DNA of 64,000 nt from contig MU053758.1 of assembly GCA_013239625.1 (NCBI GenBank), positions 2,232,001 through 2,296,000 of the forward strand, read 5' to 3'. The translations under genes and the position numbers were made by a program. Positions 29,087 through 40,912 of the stretch are shown here, one piece after another. The stretch's first letter is position 1. The number at the start of each line of letters is the position of its first letter. The stretch is from Lama guanicoe (taxonomy: Eukaryota). Under the pieces are notes generated by a model. It was not told the origin of the DNA. It made no database searches and was given only the letters and a program-made list of their open reading frames with translations.

Positions 29087-31699
29087 TAAACATATAAACG
29101 ATCTGGCTCAAAAAATAAGATTTATAGTTAACATTAGAACCTTAATTTGCAGGGAACTGTAGATCCCTTTTATTTTCTTTCCCCTACCCGCCTTGAAAAA
29201 GGAAAAAAGAAAACAAAAAACCCCCCAAATCTGGCTCTTTGTTGGTAACTGCAGTTCAGCATTGGGAATTGTCAATGTCCTTCTCTGGGCCTAACCTGTC
29301 AACCAAGGACGACATAAGCATGCGCTACATTTAAAAACCTGTCCTAAACTAGAAATTTTACTGCTTTCTTTTTGCCTGTCCTTCCTGCCACATAAGTTCC
29401 CTCACTCTGCACACAGTAAAGCAAACTCAAAGCACCCAGAATAGCTATCTATACCTATGCCATATTCTTATTATTCCACATTGTAAGTAAAACTGAGAAT
29501 GCTTTACCATTTTTCATTTTTAAATGACTGTGAAATTGTATCTGTCTGCATCCTCCAATTGATCAGAAAGTTACACACACCAACAAATAACATAATTGCT
29601 GGTACATCTGATTATGTAAAATTGGGCAGGCAATAGATATACTGCCAACCTTCACCTCCATGTAATTAGATATGATTTCTGTCTTAGCACCAAAGTAATG
29701 CGTAAGATCAATTTACTATTTAGTGTTTCACAGTGTTCTATTTACCTTTTTTAGTTTTTACTAGAACTTCCTGGGATCGAGGACAAAGATGACAGAAAAC
29801 ATTGCCAGTAACTGTTTCATAACTGACTAAATTCTAGTCTACCATCATTTAATAGGTAACTTTTACCTCTTAGTAACTTAAAAAACAGCAACAGTGGATT
29901 AGTTACATTTCCACCTGATTATAACTGTCAGACATGAGGCTTATTAAAGCCAACAGAATATCATAAAATCTAATTGGAGGAAATATGATTAAGGAATAAA
30001 GAGGTTACTTACCTATAGCTATAAATCACATGCCTGCTAAATAGTTATTTGATATGTGCTGAAAATAACTACCCAGCAAAGCCATTCTTTTAAACAGAAA
30101 TAGTCTTCAAAAGCAAACGCAAATTTGTTTTGGATTTATTAGGTATGAATACTTATCTTTCTTTTTAAAGTTATGTAATTAAGCAACATGAATCAAGCAC
30201 AAATACTGCTGCATAGTTCAATACCACCACCTATTGTTAGTTGCTATTATGTTAAAATCTTTTATCAAATAGATTCAAGTGCATTAAGACATAAAACTAT
30301 GAAACCACTGTTGGATGCCTTCATTTTTCTGAGGCAATTTTTGGATGGGGGTCTCATATAAGAATTCACCAAGTCTGGGATATCAAATAGGAAAACAGTA
30401 TAAAGAAAACTATGCACAAGCAGCTAAATTTGGTCAGTTTAGGGGCATTCTTTCTTCTTCCCCCGCTCCCCCCCGGATTGTCCTGATGTAACGGAATATT
30501 TTATTTTGAACATCTAAAAATACCCTTCCAAAACCGCAGTACTAGTTAGATTACTGAAATTTTTAATTTAGCTTCCAATCTGTCACCAGTTGGGAAACAG
30601 TAATCTAAGGGCTAGGAATAATAAAAGTACTCATTAATTTGCAAGAAAAATGAGACCAAGATTTGAAAAGAGACAACTCTGGGGATGAAAGTAGAAGGAT
30701 TTTAAAAATTAATATTAAAAAACACTGACAGTAACAGCTAAAACCGACTAATGACCTAGAACATGAGGATATAAGACTTTAAAAGTGGATACTTAAAGAA
30801 AAAATAAGAAAAAAAGAAAAAAGAAAAAAAAAGTGTGGATACTTATAACAGAAATACTGATTTAATAAATGAAAATTTTCAATGTAGAAATAGATTACAT
30901 CTAAGAATGTAGGACTTAAATATTAAGAATACATTTTGTAAAGTTTCTGCCAAGCTAAAAATTTTAAAGAGTTAATGGAGAGCATAATTTTCAATACACA
31001 ATGGTTTGTCTTATGTAGACTGTAGCAAGACACAAACATATGTTGATTTTTAAATAATGAATGACTACAATGTAAGAACATGATATAATGTACTGTGCTT
31101 CAAAAGGACCTGGATTATACAATAAAAAAAATCAGTAACACTATTCATCAAGGACAGACTAAACTAGCCTAAAAACCCTATACCTCTAATTTGGATTTTC
31201 TATAGTAATATCAGATATTTGCCTTCAAACCAATCTCTGAAATGTTAAAAACAAAATTCCTTAGTTTTACTAGTACCTTTTCTCACTGGAAGGCCTTTCA
31301 AGTAGTGAAATGATTCTCACCCACTTAAAATATATATAACATTTCCACATGCACCAACTTAGAAAATACGGTTATTTACTATGCAGAATGTTCTTAAGAT
31401 TAGAAGATAAAAGCTTAAGGGAGAAAAAGGTTCATTACTGCAGTCTAAACTGTACTGTGTGACTGAGTCTACAAACTTTAACAAAATACTCAGGTGGCTG
31501 TTTCAGAATAAATAGCCAAGGAAATATGGTCCTCTGCTTTTATTGAAAAATTACAGATTCATAGGATTCTGGAACAAAAAGAATCTTAATAACTGATTAA
31601 CTCCCATCCTGCAGAGGAGGAAAATGACCAAATCAGAAAAGTGAAAAGAGGTGAACAAAGTAATAGCTAGTTGGTGGCAAAAATCAAAATTAACTCCTA

Positions 31700-31925
31700 A
31701 TAGAATTTGGGATTAGCAGATACAAACTAGAATATATGAAATAGATACACAAGTCCCTACTGCATAGCACCTGGAACTATATATAATGGCTTGTAGTAAC
31801 CTACAATGAAAAAGAATATGAAAAGGAATATATATATATATATATATATATATGACTGAAACATTATGCTATACACAAGAAACTGACACAACATTGTAAA
31901 TCAACTATAGTTCAATTAAAAAAAC
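31700..31925 (+). mobile_element. Short L1 3' tail with an expanded (TA)n at ~31829-31852
   Basis: acattgtaaatcaactatagttcaattaaaaaaa terminus. Confidence 0.8.
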
Positions 31926-34900
31926 AATGAACTAATATCCAGTTCTCTTAACTCCCAATGCAAGATGTTCTTTCTGCCATAAAACATTTTATGATTTCTC
32001 TTATTTTTGGACATACTGAATCAATAAAATAAAGCAGGCAAAGAAATATTACAACCTAACCATACAAACTGTAATATTACAGATTTATTAGAGCAGCAGT
32101 GTGGTATAATGAGAAACAATAATAAGCAGGGATTCAAAATACTCAAATTGGAACTTATCACACTTCCTAGCTATGTGAGTCTTAACATCTCCAGGCACTG
32201 ATTAAACTGTAAAACAATATGTGAATGTCAGTTAATGTTACCACTGTAACCTTTTTTTTTTAAAGTTATGTATTCTAATAAACCTAAATAAGACAGATTT
32301 TTTTTCCTCCAATAGTACTAAATTCTTGTAACAGAGCTACTAAGAGTAGGGCGAAGTGGAGAGGCTTAACTGAAAATAAAATCTAAACTTGGATTCATAG
32401 TCTAGCCTAGATATTTACATGTGTCTGTTATTAATTTCACTATGTTAAGATAGCACTGGTTAACAGTACTTAAAATGAAGGATAGCTCCATTCCCTTGGT
32501 AGCAAAGATGAATTAAATACACTGGATAAAGAACTTTAGGAAAGCTTTTTCCATACATTTCATGGGCTTTTATGCTATATTATGCTTCAAACAGAGCAGA
32601 ATGATAGAGTGGAGGAAAAAAAAATGCAGATTGGAATCTTGCCTCCCCCACATACTAGCTGTGCAACTTGAATACTTCTCAGGCCCTAGCTTTCTTCAAA
32701 ACAGAATTATGAGAATTAGAAGTAACTGAGGTAAAACATCTAGTTCAGTGTGCCTGGCATACAGGACACATTTAATAATCACTATTTAATTGAAAGGAAA
32801 ATATAAAAATTTGCCACAAAACAAAGTGTACTACAAGTAATAAAATAAAAAATATTTGAATGGTGAATTTCAATTAGAAGACTAAAACAATCCAGTGAAC
32901 ATTATCTTAACTTACGAGGGTTATTACTGTATAGATTGTATGCCAAAGTGAAGAAAAAAGCAAAGAACAACAGTAATTTTCACACTTCTCTATCTTTTTT
33001 TAACTCTTTTCTCCAACAGTCATCTACTTGGCTATTCTACAGGATGCTACAGAGCTGGCTAACAGGTACTCTTCTCCCTAGATTTTAACTTAAAAAAAAT
33101 TTTTTTCCTACAGTTCTACCTGAGTGTGAAATTTAAAGTGTGTGGCCTCTAGTTACAACATCCAAAGGTGTAATACACAGAATATTCCCTATAAAAAGAT
33201 TTTAATGAGTCAAGTAAAAAAAAAGCTTGTTATCTTTCCCCAGAAAACAAATGTGGCTAAGAAAAAGAAAACCTCTCACTTTCTGTATTAACCATAACTA
33301 ATCTGAAATCAGTTGTTACATATTTGTTATAGAACTTTCCTGCACTCACAAAAATTCTCAGAACTATCTCCTTACAATCATAAAATTATCAGTCCTTTAA
33401 AAAGCCTTCTGTAATTTTTGAGATTTAAAAAAAATAATGTGATGTAAATGTTTCAGATTTATCTTATCTACAACTTTTATCCACTGAAAATAAACATTTT
33501 AAATGTTTTCAATGAATTAGCAGTAATTTTATTACTTCATAAGAAACCAAATAGTTTATTGTTTTACTACCTGTAAATTAGGTTATTAAGAGGTAAATGA
33601 TTTTAAAAAATACTCAGATAATGAAACTCATTAAAAATATCATTTCAGCCCCTTCTCATTTGTATTCCAGCAGGAACACTTCATATCATAGTAAAAGTCT
33701 CTCTGTTTATAAATAAACACTAGAATCAAGAACACTGTAGAAGGAGGGGTTCTTCCTCCCTCATTCTTTTTCATCTTCTCAGACACCTTAAGAAAACTTT
33801 AGCTGCCAGTTATATACCAATCAAGGTAAACAGACATGTTGAATAAAGCAATAAATTCTCTTATTATTTTAGTACCACCCACACAGATAAACCACAAATT
33901 AAAATGTAAGATAATTATAAAAGTGGGATATAGAAATGCAATTTTAAAGCACATACTACAAAAAACTCTTTCCAACAATTACTCACACAACCTAAAAGTA
34001 AATAGAAAAATGATAAAAAGCGACTGCAATGGCAGAAGGCTGTCCTCCACTCAAACCTTCAGTCTTTGGTTTCCCTTTGAAGATTCCTATTCAGTAAATG
34101 TCTATTTAGTAATTTTAATGACAGTCTGGACTTTTACAGTAGAACTGAATATGAAACCATCATAAATGAAGTGTATTGGGTCTCTCTACATTAGGGCAAC
34201 ATAAAAGTTCTATTAAAGTAGACACCAAAACATACCTAATATAATACTTTCTTCCCACTGAAACTCTCAGGAGACCAATTCCTTGATTTTTTCCACTCCT
34301 GCCCTGCAACAGTAACACTGTAGCTCTGAATTTAAACTCCACCCAACACTTCCTGTCTTGATCTTTGTGGGTAAATTAAAATACTTTTCCCATAAGCGTA
34401 AAAAGAAATCAAAGAATAGACTAAATTGAAGGCCCTTAGGTAACAATTTCACCCTCTGCACCTACTTGGCAAGTTTCCTGAAACTGTCGTCTTACAATTT
34501 CATCCTTCAAATGGAAATGAAGAAAAATACCAAGTGAGATGTACACTGAGCTGTGAGTGATCCCAGGTCAGCCTGATTCTCTGCCCAAAAAGGCCAGGTA
34601 ATGTTTACGCTTCTTGTTGAAGAAGTTTTTCTCTCTCTTATCCCCTTAATTAACCTTCCTGTATATTACTATACTACTGTAATTCATCTGCAGTTAACAA
34701 TATTTCACTTTTCAAAGGAATCACTTCTCGACAAAGATTATACTCTCTAAAGACACGTTCAAATGTTTATTTCCTCATTCATTCCTTAATTCCATGACTA
34801 TAAACCTCTCTCGCCCAGAGGCAGAAAAGTTCTTAGAGACAGAGACTTGAATGGATTTCCCTCTGTCTCTCAGACATTCGTCCCAATCTCAAAGCCTGTA

Positions 34901-35519
34901 CGTATCTAAGAGTTCCCAGAAACAATGAGCTACAAAAAGTACAGACGAAACGGGAAAGAAGAGGAAGTATCAGAACAATACCCAAACCAAACACAGCACC
35001 GAAAGCCCGTGGTCGTCTCTATCATCTCAGTATACCACCCCCACTTCCCTAGCTTAACCAAGGTCTCTCAAGCTCGGAGAAAAGGCTCCCTGGCCCATAA
35101 CTGCCCATTTGCTTCACAAAGAAGGCGGCAGCAAGAAAAGCAAGCTCCCTCCGGTCGATCCCGACCGGAGCTGTGATACTTTTTCTGCTGGGTGGAGGGT
35201 GGCAAGCCAAGGGTTGTGTAAAGAATGGAAAGCTGAGTGATACTAGGGGGAGGGGGAATTAGGGCGCCAGAGCTAATCCTCTGCCGGGGCCCGCTGGTGG
35301 AAGGGGCAGGAGGCGACTAGCCGGGAGGACTAAGAAGCCCGGCTGTACTGGGCTTTCGGGTCGCGAGAAAGGGGAGAGAAGTCTGGCAGCCCCAGCGGTC
35401 GGTGGGTGACGGTGCCCGGCAAGGGAGGAGGCTCAGTGCGGAGCGAATTCTTCGGGGCACAAGAGCTGTAATCACCTTCCTCATGCCGCCCTAACCAACC
35501 CCCTCCCCCAAGCTCACAC

Positions 35520-35561
35520 CTCAAACCTGCTCTTGGTCACTCCGTTCACGTCCCTCCTCAT
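35520..35561 (-). CDS. FBXL20: FBXL20 canonical first coding exon (MRRDVNGVTKSRFE)
   Basis: 42 nt phase 0, donor GAG|GTGTGA; matches the known FBXL20/SCRAPPER N-terminus; consistent with mammalian FBXL20-MED1-CDK12 synteny. Confidence 0.92.
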
Positions 35562-35865
35562 GGGGCCGGCGGGTGCGGCCGGGGCCGGGCGCTACGGCTT
35601 GCAAAGACTGGGAGCCCCGGACAGGCCCGGGAGTTCCGGCACCGGGAAGAGGCCGAGGAGCAGTGAGCAAGAGCCGTCGGCGGGGAAGGGAGACCTCTCG
35701 ACTCCGGCGGGGCCTCCTCCGCCTCCCGCGACGGCGGCGACGACTGCTCGTCGCTAGCTCTTCTCTCTCCTCAGCCTCAACTTCAACCCAAAACAAAAAC
35801 ACTCCCCACCTGCCAGCAACGCCGCTCCTCATTGGGCAGAGCCGCCCGGGCCTCGGAACGGCGTG

Positions 35866-35928
35866 GGGAGGGGGAGGAGGAGGAGGAGCGCGCGGCGGCG
35901 GCGGCAACGGCGGCGGCGGCGGCGGCGC
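35866..35928 (+). repeat. G-rich (GGA)n and (GGC)n tracts between the two FBXL20 first exons
   Basis: ggggaggggg(agg)n then ggcggcggcggcaacggcggcggcggcggcggcg. Confidence 0.85.
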
Positions 35929-36349
35929 GGGACCACCCTTCCCCCACTCCCGGGCGCAGACTGAGACTGTCCACTCGGGAGCAGCGGGAGCGCGGCGGCG
36001 GTGGCAGCGGCGCGAGCCCGCTTTCGCCTCCAAGGCAGGCAAGACCACTGCGAAAAGGAGAGGCAGGGAAGTGCCTATATGTCCGTGTGTATTTGTGTAT
36101 GGGAGGGGCTTTGGGGCGGGTGCGAGTGCGCGCGTGCTCGGCGCCTGGTGAGAGAGGAAAGGACAACTGCACACAGCACCCGTGCCCCCTCTTCCCCCGT
36201 CTGCTAGCAAACAGCACGCAACAACCCACTAATCACTTCAACTGTCTGTCTTGTCCTCCTAGCCCTCTTAAGTCTTGTCGCTTCCCCGGTAGCCTGTGCT
36301 GGCACACATGTCCTTCCCAACCACCCAGCTCCCTTCCCCTATCACTCAC

Positions 36350-36397
36350 TGTCGCCTTGAACCCAAAGTGCAGCAGGCGGTCCCTGCTCGGAGCCAT
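36350..36397 (-). CDS. FBXL20: FBXL20 upstream alternative first coding exon (MAPSRDRLLHFGFKAT)
   Basis: ATG in strong Kozak context (AAAATGG), 48 nt phase 0, donor ACA|GTGAGT, in-frame upstream TAG at 36421-36419; matches my recollection of an alternative FBXL20 N-terminus. Confidence 0.8.
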
Positions 36398-36432
36398 TTT
36401 CCTCCTCGCTGGTTGTGTCTAGAATGGGGCAG

Positions 36433-36513
36433 TGCTGCTGCTGCTGCTGCCGCCGCTGCTGCCGCCGCCGCTGCTGCTGATGCTGTAGCCGCCGCCGCCG
36501 CCGCTGCCGCCGC
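36433..36513 (-). repeat. Interrupted (GCG/GCA)n trinucleotide repeat, 27 triplets, in the 5'UTR of the upstream FBXL20 exon
   Basis: Plus strand tgc/cgc triplets with tga, tgt and agc interruptions. Confidence 0.95.
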
Positions 36514-37721
36514 CTCCCCCGCCCCCGTGGATTGCATTACCGGGTGTTGCAGGGGAGCCTGGGGGGCCACTGCGCGGCGTGGGTCTCCCTGTGCATGGAT
36601 CAGGAGGACAGGCTGCCCTCTGCTCCGGGAAATTGCAATGAGGCCGCACCTCGCGCCTTGAGGATCAGGGGGTGCAGTGCTGGAGCTGGGCGACCATTCC
36701 TTTAGCTGGGGGAGGGGCGCTCATTGGTGGAGGTGGGGGCAGGCGAGGCAGAAGGCCTTTGGCTTCCCCCGCCCCTCTGCCGCCAGATCGCCGCTGGCAC
36801 CCAATGGGTTCTAGTGCCTGCCCGCCCTCCAATCAGGGCCCTGGTTGGTGAGAACCTGATCCTGACGCCATTTTGGCGGGAGAAACAAGCATGTCTGAAC
36901 GAGTAGGCGGGGGCTCTTGCCTATTGGAAACTAAGACTTTCATTTCCTTCTACAGAAGCTACATTTTGTTATCATGTTATACTTCAGCAACTCCAGCCCA
37001 CAAGGTCTCGAAATTATCTAATTTCCAAGAATTAAGGAGTAAGTTTACCCTTAGAAAAGAGACAAAGAATATATCCCAAAGATAAAATATTAGAAACTGT
37101 ATCATAAATTCCAGCAGTTCTGCTGGATCAGTTCTAATTGTATTCCAGAGCAAATGAGTTTGTATTCATACCACTTTTAATGACTAGATTGCTATGAATG
37201 TCTGATTAAGAGATGAGCTTATTTAAGAGCAACTGATGCTGGAGATCTTTAAAAATAGGCGTATTTTAGCTGCAAGGCTTATTTAAGCACTTTAAAATTA
37301 TTTTTTTTAATCCTAGAAAGGGCTTCCTAAGCAAGGAATCCAGCTTTAGAAACTCATTCTCAAACCCACAAACCCAGGTCTAGATGTTCTAGTCTCCTCC
37401 TATCCCATTTACTTTTAATGTTATTGCTTCACTTCATCCATATAAAAACAGCCTTTTAGTTGCATCTCATCTAAAAGCAGTTTTCTCCCAAAAAGAACTG
37501 CTGATGAATTTGGAGACTAAGGCCTGCAAAAGGTAGTAAAACTAACTTGAGCATATAAATCAAATGAAACGTTCACAGGTCTGTTTCCCTAATTTCAACT
37601 ATTCTTTCCAGTTAACTCATTCAAGGAATACTCAGGGAAGTCTTTTACTTTTGTTATTTAAACATTTTTTTGATTGGACTTTTAAAAAGCCGCATAAATG
37701 AAAATCATTCAAAGGTAAAAA

Positions 37722-37765
37722 TTTATTACACGTAGGCATGTTGCTTTTTATCAAAGAAATTTATT
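37722..37765 (-). terminator. MED1 polyadenylation signals (two AATAAA)
   Basis: tttatt on the plus strand at 37722-37727 and 37760-37765, followed by U-rich sequence on the transcript. Confidence 0.7.
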
Positions 37766-38715
37766 TGCATGTAAATAAACAGGTTTTTGTAATGTTTTGG
37801 GAAAAAAATCCCACAGATTTGTCTACTTTCAAAAAATGAAAAACCCCGAAGTATTTACAGAACGGCCATACGCACAGAAAATCAAATTTGAAAGATTTTT
37901 TAGAAAAGACCCTCCCCAACTGCTCCTGATGTACATTTTTAAAACTCAAAATTTAAAGCTCAGCTTTTACAACTGAGCATGTTTCCCAAACTTGCTTCTG
38001 AGATGTTAAGTACTTCCAACCCTTCAAAAAACTTAACTCAAGGGTAGAAGTAAGGGGGAAGAGGAATTGAAAAAAAGGGGGGGGGGTCAAAGAAAGTAAG
38101 ATTGCCTAGATTGTGAATGAGTTTCCTAAAATGGCATCTGCTTTAAGTGACTCGTGGATACTACGACTCACTGGCTCCCTCGAAGGGTTTCTTCTGAGAA
38201 TTCATAATAGTGCTGCACTAAATTTTCAGCCCTAGGCCTTAAGGAAAATCTTTCCAAGAGTCACCAACCTCAAGTCTAGTTTTGGCAATTATATTCTGCT
38301 TCATTCCCCACCCCACCCCCCCAAATACTTGTTTTTGAAAGACACTGATTTTGAACCTGGAATCTTCATGTACATCAGAGCAGATTTTCACCAAGAACCC
38401 CTAACATGAAGCCAAAAGACAGAAGAGGAATCAGGTCAAACTAAGAATACATAAGACACCAGCAGCAGAAGATAGGTAGAAGTTGACTTCATGTCCTTGC
38501 CGTCTTTTGAAACAGGAGAATGAGTACACCTAGACAGGAGGGAGGTGTCCCAGGCTTGATTTATTCTGCCTCTTCTCCTCCACCCTGTGGAGAAATGCAG
38601 TGCTCCCTGGTTCTCAGGCAGGGTGAAGCAGTTTAGCCCCGGCTCCCTGTTAAGCAAGTTCAGATGCTGGGTCAGTGTGTGGGGTGTGCCCATCGACAAT
38701 TCAGGGGCTTATCCT

Positions 38716-38746
38716 TCATCCAGATCCTAACTCGGGATTCTTTGAT
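38716..38746 (-). CDS. MED1: Alternative MED1 terminal coding segment (G)SKNPELGSG* reached by a splice from an internal exon 17 donor at 44013|44012
   Basis: Strong acceptor CTTTTTTCTCTCTTTCTGTCTTCATCCCAG| in the 3'UTR; phase matches the GG|GTATGG donor; I recall a 556-aa human MED1 isoform ending in this peptide. Confidence 0.75.
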
Positions 38747-40912
38747 CTGGGATGAAGACAGAAAGAGAGAAAAAAGCTTCCCAGTTTACTCATTTTGGTA
38801 TTTGTTGGCTCTGCTTGGGGGAGCTGAGCCCCTGATACTATGCAGTACATTCCCGTAAGATTATCCCCACCCAGAACAAACTTTAAAACAACTTTTTTTT
38901 TTTTTCCTGCAGAAACCAATGGGATAGGATTCAAAACTAGGTGAGAAACTTGTGAGAAATCCAACCTGGTTGTATGTCTGAGAGGCTGCTACTGTATCAG
39001 CATCACAAGATAAAGCACTCTGGTATCACCTTGCCCATGTCCTCCTTAGTGTCACCCAAGACATTGACTCTGATACGGTAACCGATAACTTTTCTTGCTC
39101 CACTTTGCAATGTTTCGTTTCCTACTTCTTATTACCTTGGGACACAAAAGTGGCAGAGTTGTTGAGAGCTGATGACCAGAAAAGGGAGAACACTAAAGGA
39201 AATCAGAGACAGTCAGGAAAGAAAGCCAAAGCTGATTTTTCCAACTCTATGCTAACTCCAACCTGCAGAAAGAGCTGAATATAGAAATCTTCAGTATCTG
39301 ATGAAGTCACTCCATTTATGACACACATACACACACAAATGAATCACCTGGCTTTTTTTTTTTTAAATCCAGAAGAGTTGTGCTGGGGATCGTGCCCCGT
39401 CCTGCTGATACAGATCCTGAATGGAATCATCAGGAATGGCACAGTGCAGGTGTCAAAATCAAAGTAAGGCCGCAGAATTTTGAGAGGACCCTCCAAATAC
39501 TGAGAACTTGTGTTGCACTCATGGTCTCCTGGATTTCCATATTTATGAGAAGGGCTTCTTATTGATGTCCCCCAGGATCCAGACTCAGACCTGTTCCTCC
39601 AAAAAGGTCCAATTGTGTTGCTACATAGTAGCAAGGGTTTATCTTCATGCCCACCTAGCATTCCAGGCCCCCATTACTTCAAGTGAGCTTGAAACTGTTT
39701 TAAGTGAACTATGGCTGCAATTTTTTTTTTTTTACTGTTTTATCTAAGGGAGCATATAGTGGAGTGATTAAAGTCTGGACTCCTTATCCTTGTGATGAAG
39801 GGAAACAAGGAGCCCAGCTCTCAGGAATGGCATCAGTTCTCCTACAAACAAAATGCTGGGATGTGGACTTTTGGCACATTGTGGAAATAGGAGAACTATT
39901 AATTCTGTAATGGTTTTCATGCCACTGGGTCGGGAGGCTGCCCCACATTAAGCCTTACTGCATCTGAAAACAAGTTTACATCCCCAAAAGCCAGCCCAGT
40001 TTTTTTTTTTAAAGGAAAAAAAAAAACTATAAATCAATACCTCCACAGGGAGATAACTCCTAATATTCCTATGATGTCTGAACCCTATGAAAAACTTCCT
40101 AAAATAAAAATACCATTTTGGTTTTTCTACTTAACTACAAAGGCGGGCTCTGACTAATCTGCTGGGGCTTGACACTACGGTAACCAGCACAAGCTACAAG
40201 CTCCCTACCACCAAATAAGCCTCCCTCTTCCACCTCCCATCATTTTGAACTCTGAAGCTTATAGAATTAGAAAGAAACACTGTATAAAAGCAGATAAAGG
40301 GTTAAAATATTACAAATAAATAGCTAAAATCATCTTCCCTCCCCCAATCACTCCTAAGAAACAGACACCAAACATTACTTAAGTGTCCAAAATAACCAAA
40401 GTCCTTCATTTGCCCATGCCTCAAATGGACAACTACCTAAACAAAGGTGAACAACCTTCATGCAAATGCATCAAGGAATGTATTGCTTTTTCATTTTCTG
40501 CCCAGCCCTTCAAATACATGCACTGAGTTTAAAACATGGCCTAAAAATGGAAAAAGGGAGAAAAAATATATATGAATATTTCCCACAAAACTGTTTCCCA
40601 CCCTTCCCTCTCCCTAAGCCCTTCCCACCCCCTCCCTTTCATAAGCAAGTATTTTAACTTTTTTTTTTCTTTCCTGGCAAAGGAACAAGTGATTCTTGGT
40701 AATCAGGAATGAAACCTTATGGTCTCTTTAGTAGGGTCTGGCTGTGCCCTTCTAAATTCACCCCACTCATGTCAAAGCCATGCCATTTAAGATTCTTAAA
40801 CATGAAAGCAGACCTATCTGACTCAGCCCTCATGGTGGTTTGCCTATACACTTATTAGTTTTGTTTTGTTTTGTTTTGTTTTCTGGCCATGTTTTTAATC
40901 TTAAAAAGGTTC

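Larger units (their letters stand above)
1..35519 (-). other. FBXL20: FBXL20 intron 1 (over 35 kb, continues beyond the window start)
   Basis: No sequence encoding the expected next exon (MFSNSDEAVINKKLPKELLLR) found by eye; repeat-rich. Confidence 0.75.
35290..36930 (-). promoter_or_regulatory. FBXL20 CpG island with two promoters; CCAAT boxes (~35831, 36723, 36801, 36829, 36923), GC boxes, composite TGACG/CGCCATTTTG/TTTGGCGGG site at 36863-36881
   Basis: Abrupt GC/CpG-rich block in AT-rich background containing both first exons. Confidence 0.85.
37700..40912 (-). other. MED1: MED1 3'UTR (~3.2 kb, apparently free of interspersed repeats)
   Basis: Runs from the TAG stop to AATAAA hexamers at 37765-37760 and 37727-37722; 3' end approximate. 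Confidence 0.75.

Noticed and set aside
35521..36661. Long ORFs (121-229 aa) on both strands in the CpG island
   Set aside because: Expected from stop-codon scarcity in GC-rich repeat sequence; low-complexity products, several starting at non-ATG codons
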